Shown: positions 62,438-64,000 of the stretch, in pieces
Layout of the letters: every line of letters begins with the position of its first letter
Numbering within the stretch: the first letter of the stretch is position 1
From: Polymyxa betae A26-41
Taxonomy: Eukaryota > Protista > Endomyxa: Phytomyxea
Assembly: GCA_003693705.1 (NCBI GenBank)
Contig: RBZT01000312.1
Location: 186,001-250,000 of the forward strand
Length of the DNA stretch: 64,000 nucleotides
Reading direction: 5' to 3'
Made by a program: the position numbers and the translations under genes
The notes under the pieces: generated by a model
What the model was told of the DNA's origin: nothing
The model's database searches: none
What the model saw: only the letters and a program-made list of their open reading frames with translations

Positions 62438-63769
62438 ATGTTCTCCACATTCCTTCGTCGTCAGTCCATACTCGTTCGTCATTTAGCTATGACGGCCGCC
62501 CAGACCACCCATGTTCCTGTCGTTATCATCGGCAGCGGGCCATCTGGTACCTGAAAGATTCAAGTGCTCAAATCCGTTTCTGATTGCAATGCGAAAGGTC
62601 TGACTGCTGGAATTTACGCTGGGCGTGCTGGATTGACACCGGTCATTGCTGCCGGATCTGTTCTCGGGACTAATATTCCAGGGGGGCAGCTGATGATTAC
62701 GACGGATGTCTCAAATTACCCAGGTTGATGATTTTCCAACTTCTGGCTATCCCCGACCTAAGTTTTGTAAAGGATTTCCTGAAGATATCACCGGCCCTGA
62801 ACTAATGGAACGAATGTTCGCCCAAGCTAAGCGCTTCGGATGTAAAGTCATCGAATCATTTGCTACGAATGTACACTTGAAACCTGGTGGTCCTCACAAA
62901 GTTTGTGTTCATTCAAGCAATAGATCGGCACCAAAGATTGGCTTAGGTTCTGATCGGCGAAGACTGGTACAGCTGTGATGCACTTATTCTAGCCAATGGC
63001 GCCAGAGCACGGTGGCTGAATGCACCTGGAGAAGATAAATTCGTCAACCGTGGCATCTCTGCTTGTGCAACCTGTCAGTGATAATCACAATGGCCATTGT
63101 GATCTGCTTAGCTCTGTTTGCCTTAGGCGATGGGCCGCTGCCTGTTTTCCGAAACAAGCATATTTATGTCGTCGGTGGTGGCGACAGCGCTTGTGAAGAG
63201 GCACTGTTTCTAGCTAAATTTGCGAGCAAAGTCTTCATTATTCATCGTCGCGATAAACTTCGTGCGTCGAAGGCCATGGCGGATCGAGTGTTTCAGAATC
63301 CCAAGGTATCGCTTTAGCTCTGCTTTAATATCATCACCTGTAATTTCGTATACTTAGATTGAAGTGCTGTTTAACAAGAATGTTGCCGGATATCTGGGCA
63401 AAGACATGCTTGAGGGTATCACTTTACAAGATACAGTAACCGGAGACTCCAAAGATGTCGAAGCCGGTGGATTATTCATGGCTATTGGCCATGATCCCAA
63501 TACCGCCCATCTAAAAAATTCTGGTCGGTACTATGATGGTTTGCTACAAACCCCTGTTTGATCAGGATTTCTAAGGCATCGAACTGGACGAGGCTGGTTA
63601 CATCAAAGTTCGTGACAGCGTATTTACGAATATTGATGGTGTCTTCACTTGTGGCGACTGTCACGATAAAACCTATCGTCAAGCGATTACGGCTGCTGGA
63701 TTTGGCTGCATGGCAGCGATTAGTTGTGAGCGGTGGCTGGAAACGCAATCGGCGTCGAAACATTCGTAA
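62438..63769 (+). CDS. Low-molecular-weight NADPH thioredoxin reductase (TrxB/NTR type), multi-exon
   Basis: [74 protein letters not shown]. Confidence 0.95.
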
Positions 63770-63805
63770 TTCACTGTTTAAAATACTGTATTTTGATTAT
63801 ACCGT

Positions 63806-64000
63806 TTACTGCTTTGTTGCTTGAAGTAAGTCTGCAGTCAATTGGAATGATGACTTGTGGTCGAGGAACAATCTTGACATTTGTTGAACAAATGCTGAAT
63901 GTATCGAACTGAACGACATGACATCTGGAGGCCTTGAATCGTCCCATAGGCGATCAAACCTAAACCAGAGTATCGCATACAGATCGATGAAAGCATCCAT
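63806..64000 (-). CDS. 3' end of an ELMO/CED-12 domain protein (truncated by window edge)
   Basis: FIDLYAILWFRFDRLW..PPDVMSFSSI resembles the ELMO domain C-terminus. Confidence 0.6.
   Translation of the reverse strand: MDAFIDLYAILWFRFDRLWDDSRPPDVMSFSSIHSAFVQQMSRLFLDHKSSFQLTADLLQATKQ

Overview
Gene-dense eukaryotic nuclear DNA, not prokaryotic. I count about 27 protein-coding genes with many short GT-AG introns (mostly about 40-55 nt), often tiny intergenic spacers, one initiator tRNA-Met gene and one 90-N assembly gap inside a tandem repeat. Flagellar/centriolar genes (CFAP53-, CFAP57-, SFI1-, ARMH1-, CCDC33- and CatSper-like), a chitinase and the compact architecture suggest a zoosporic protist, plausibly a plasmodiophorid (Phytomyxea, Rhizaria); this taxonomic call is inference only. 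Housekeeping genes include RPL13, a HUWE1/UPL1-type HECT ligase, ZnT9, KMO, MAD2, MPP10, transketolase, ALG1 and a low-MW thioredoxin reductase. Most notable: (i) an intronless aldo-keto reductase-LRR fusion with an intact catalytic tetrad; (ii) a SHLD2(shieldin)-like OB-fold gene tail-to-tail with TEN1, whose upstream region carries two telomere-type repeats; (iii) a CatSper1-type (TLDDW) channel subunit; (iv) an initiator tRNA with C1:G72 instead of A1:U72; (v) a bacterial-like ydfG dehydrogenase; (vi) a secreted CAP-mucin protein. Spliced gene models were assembled by eye and family calls rest on remembered motifs, not database searches.
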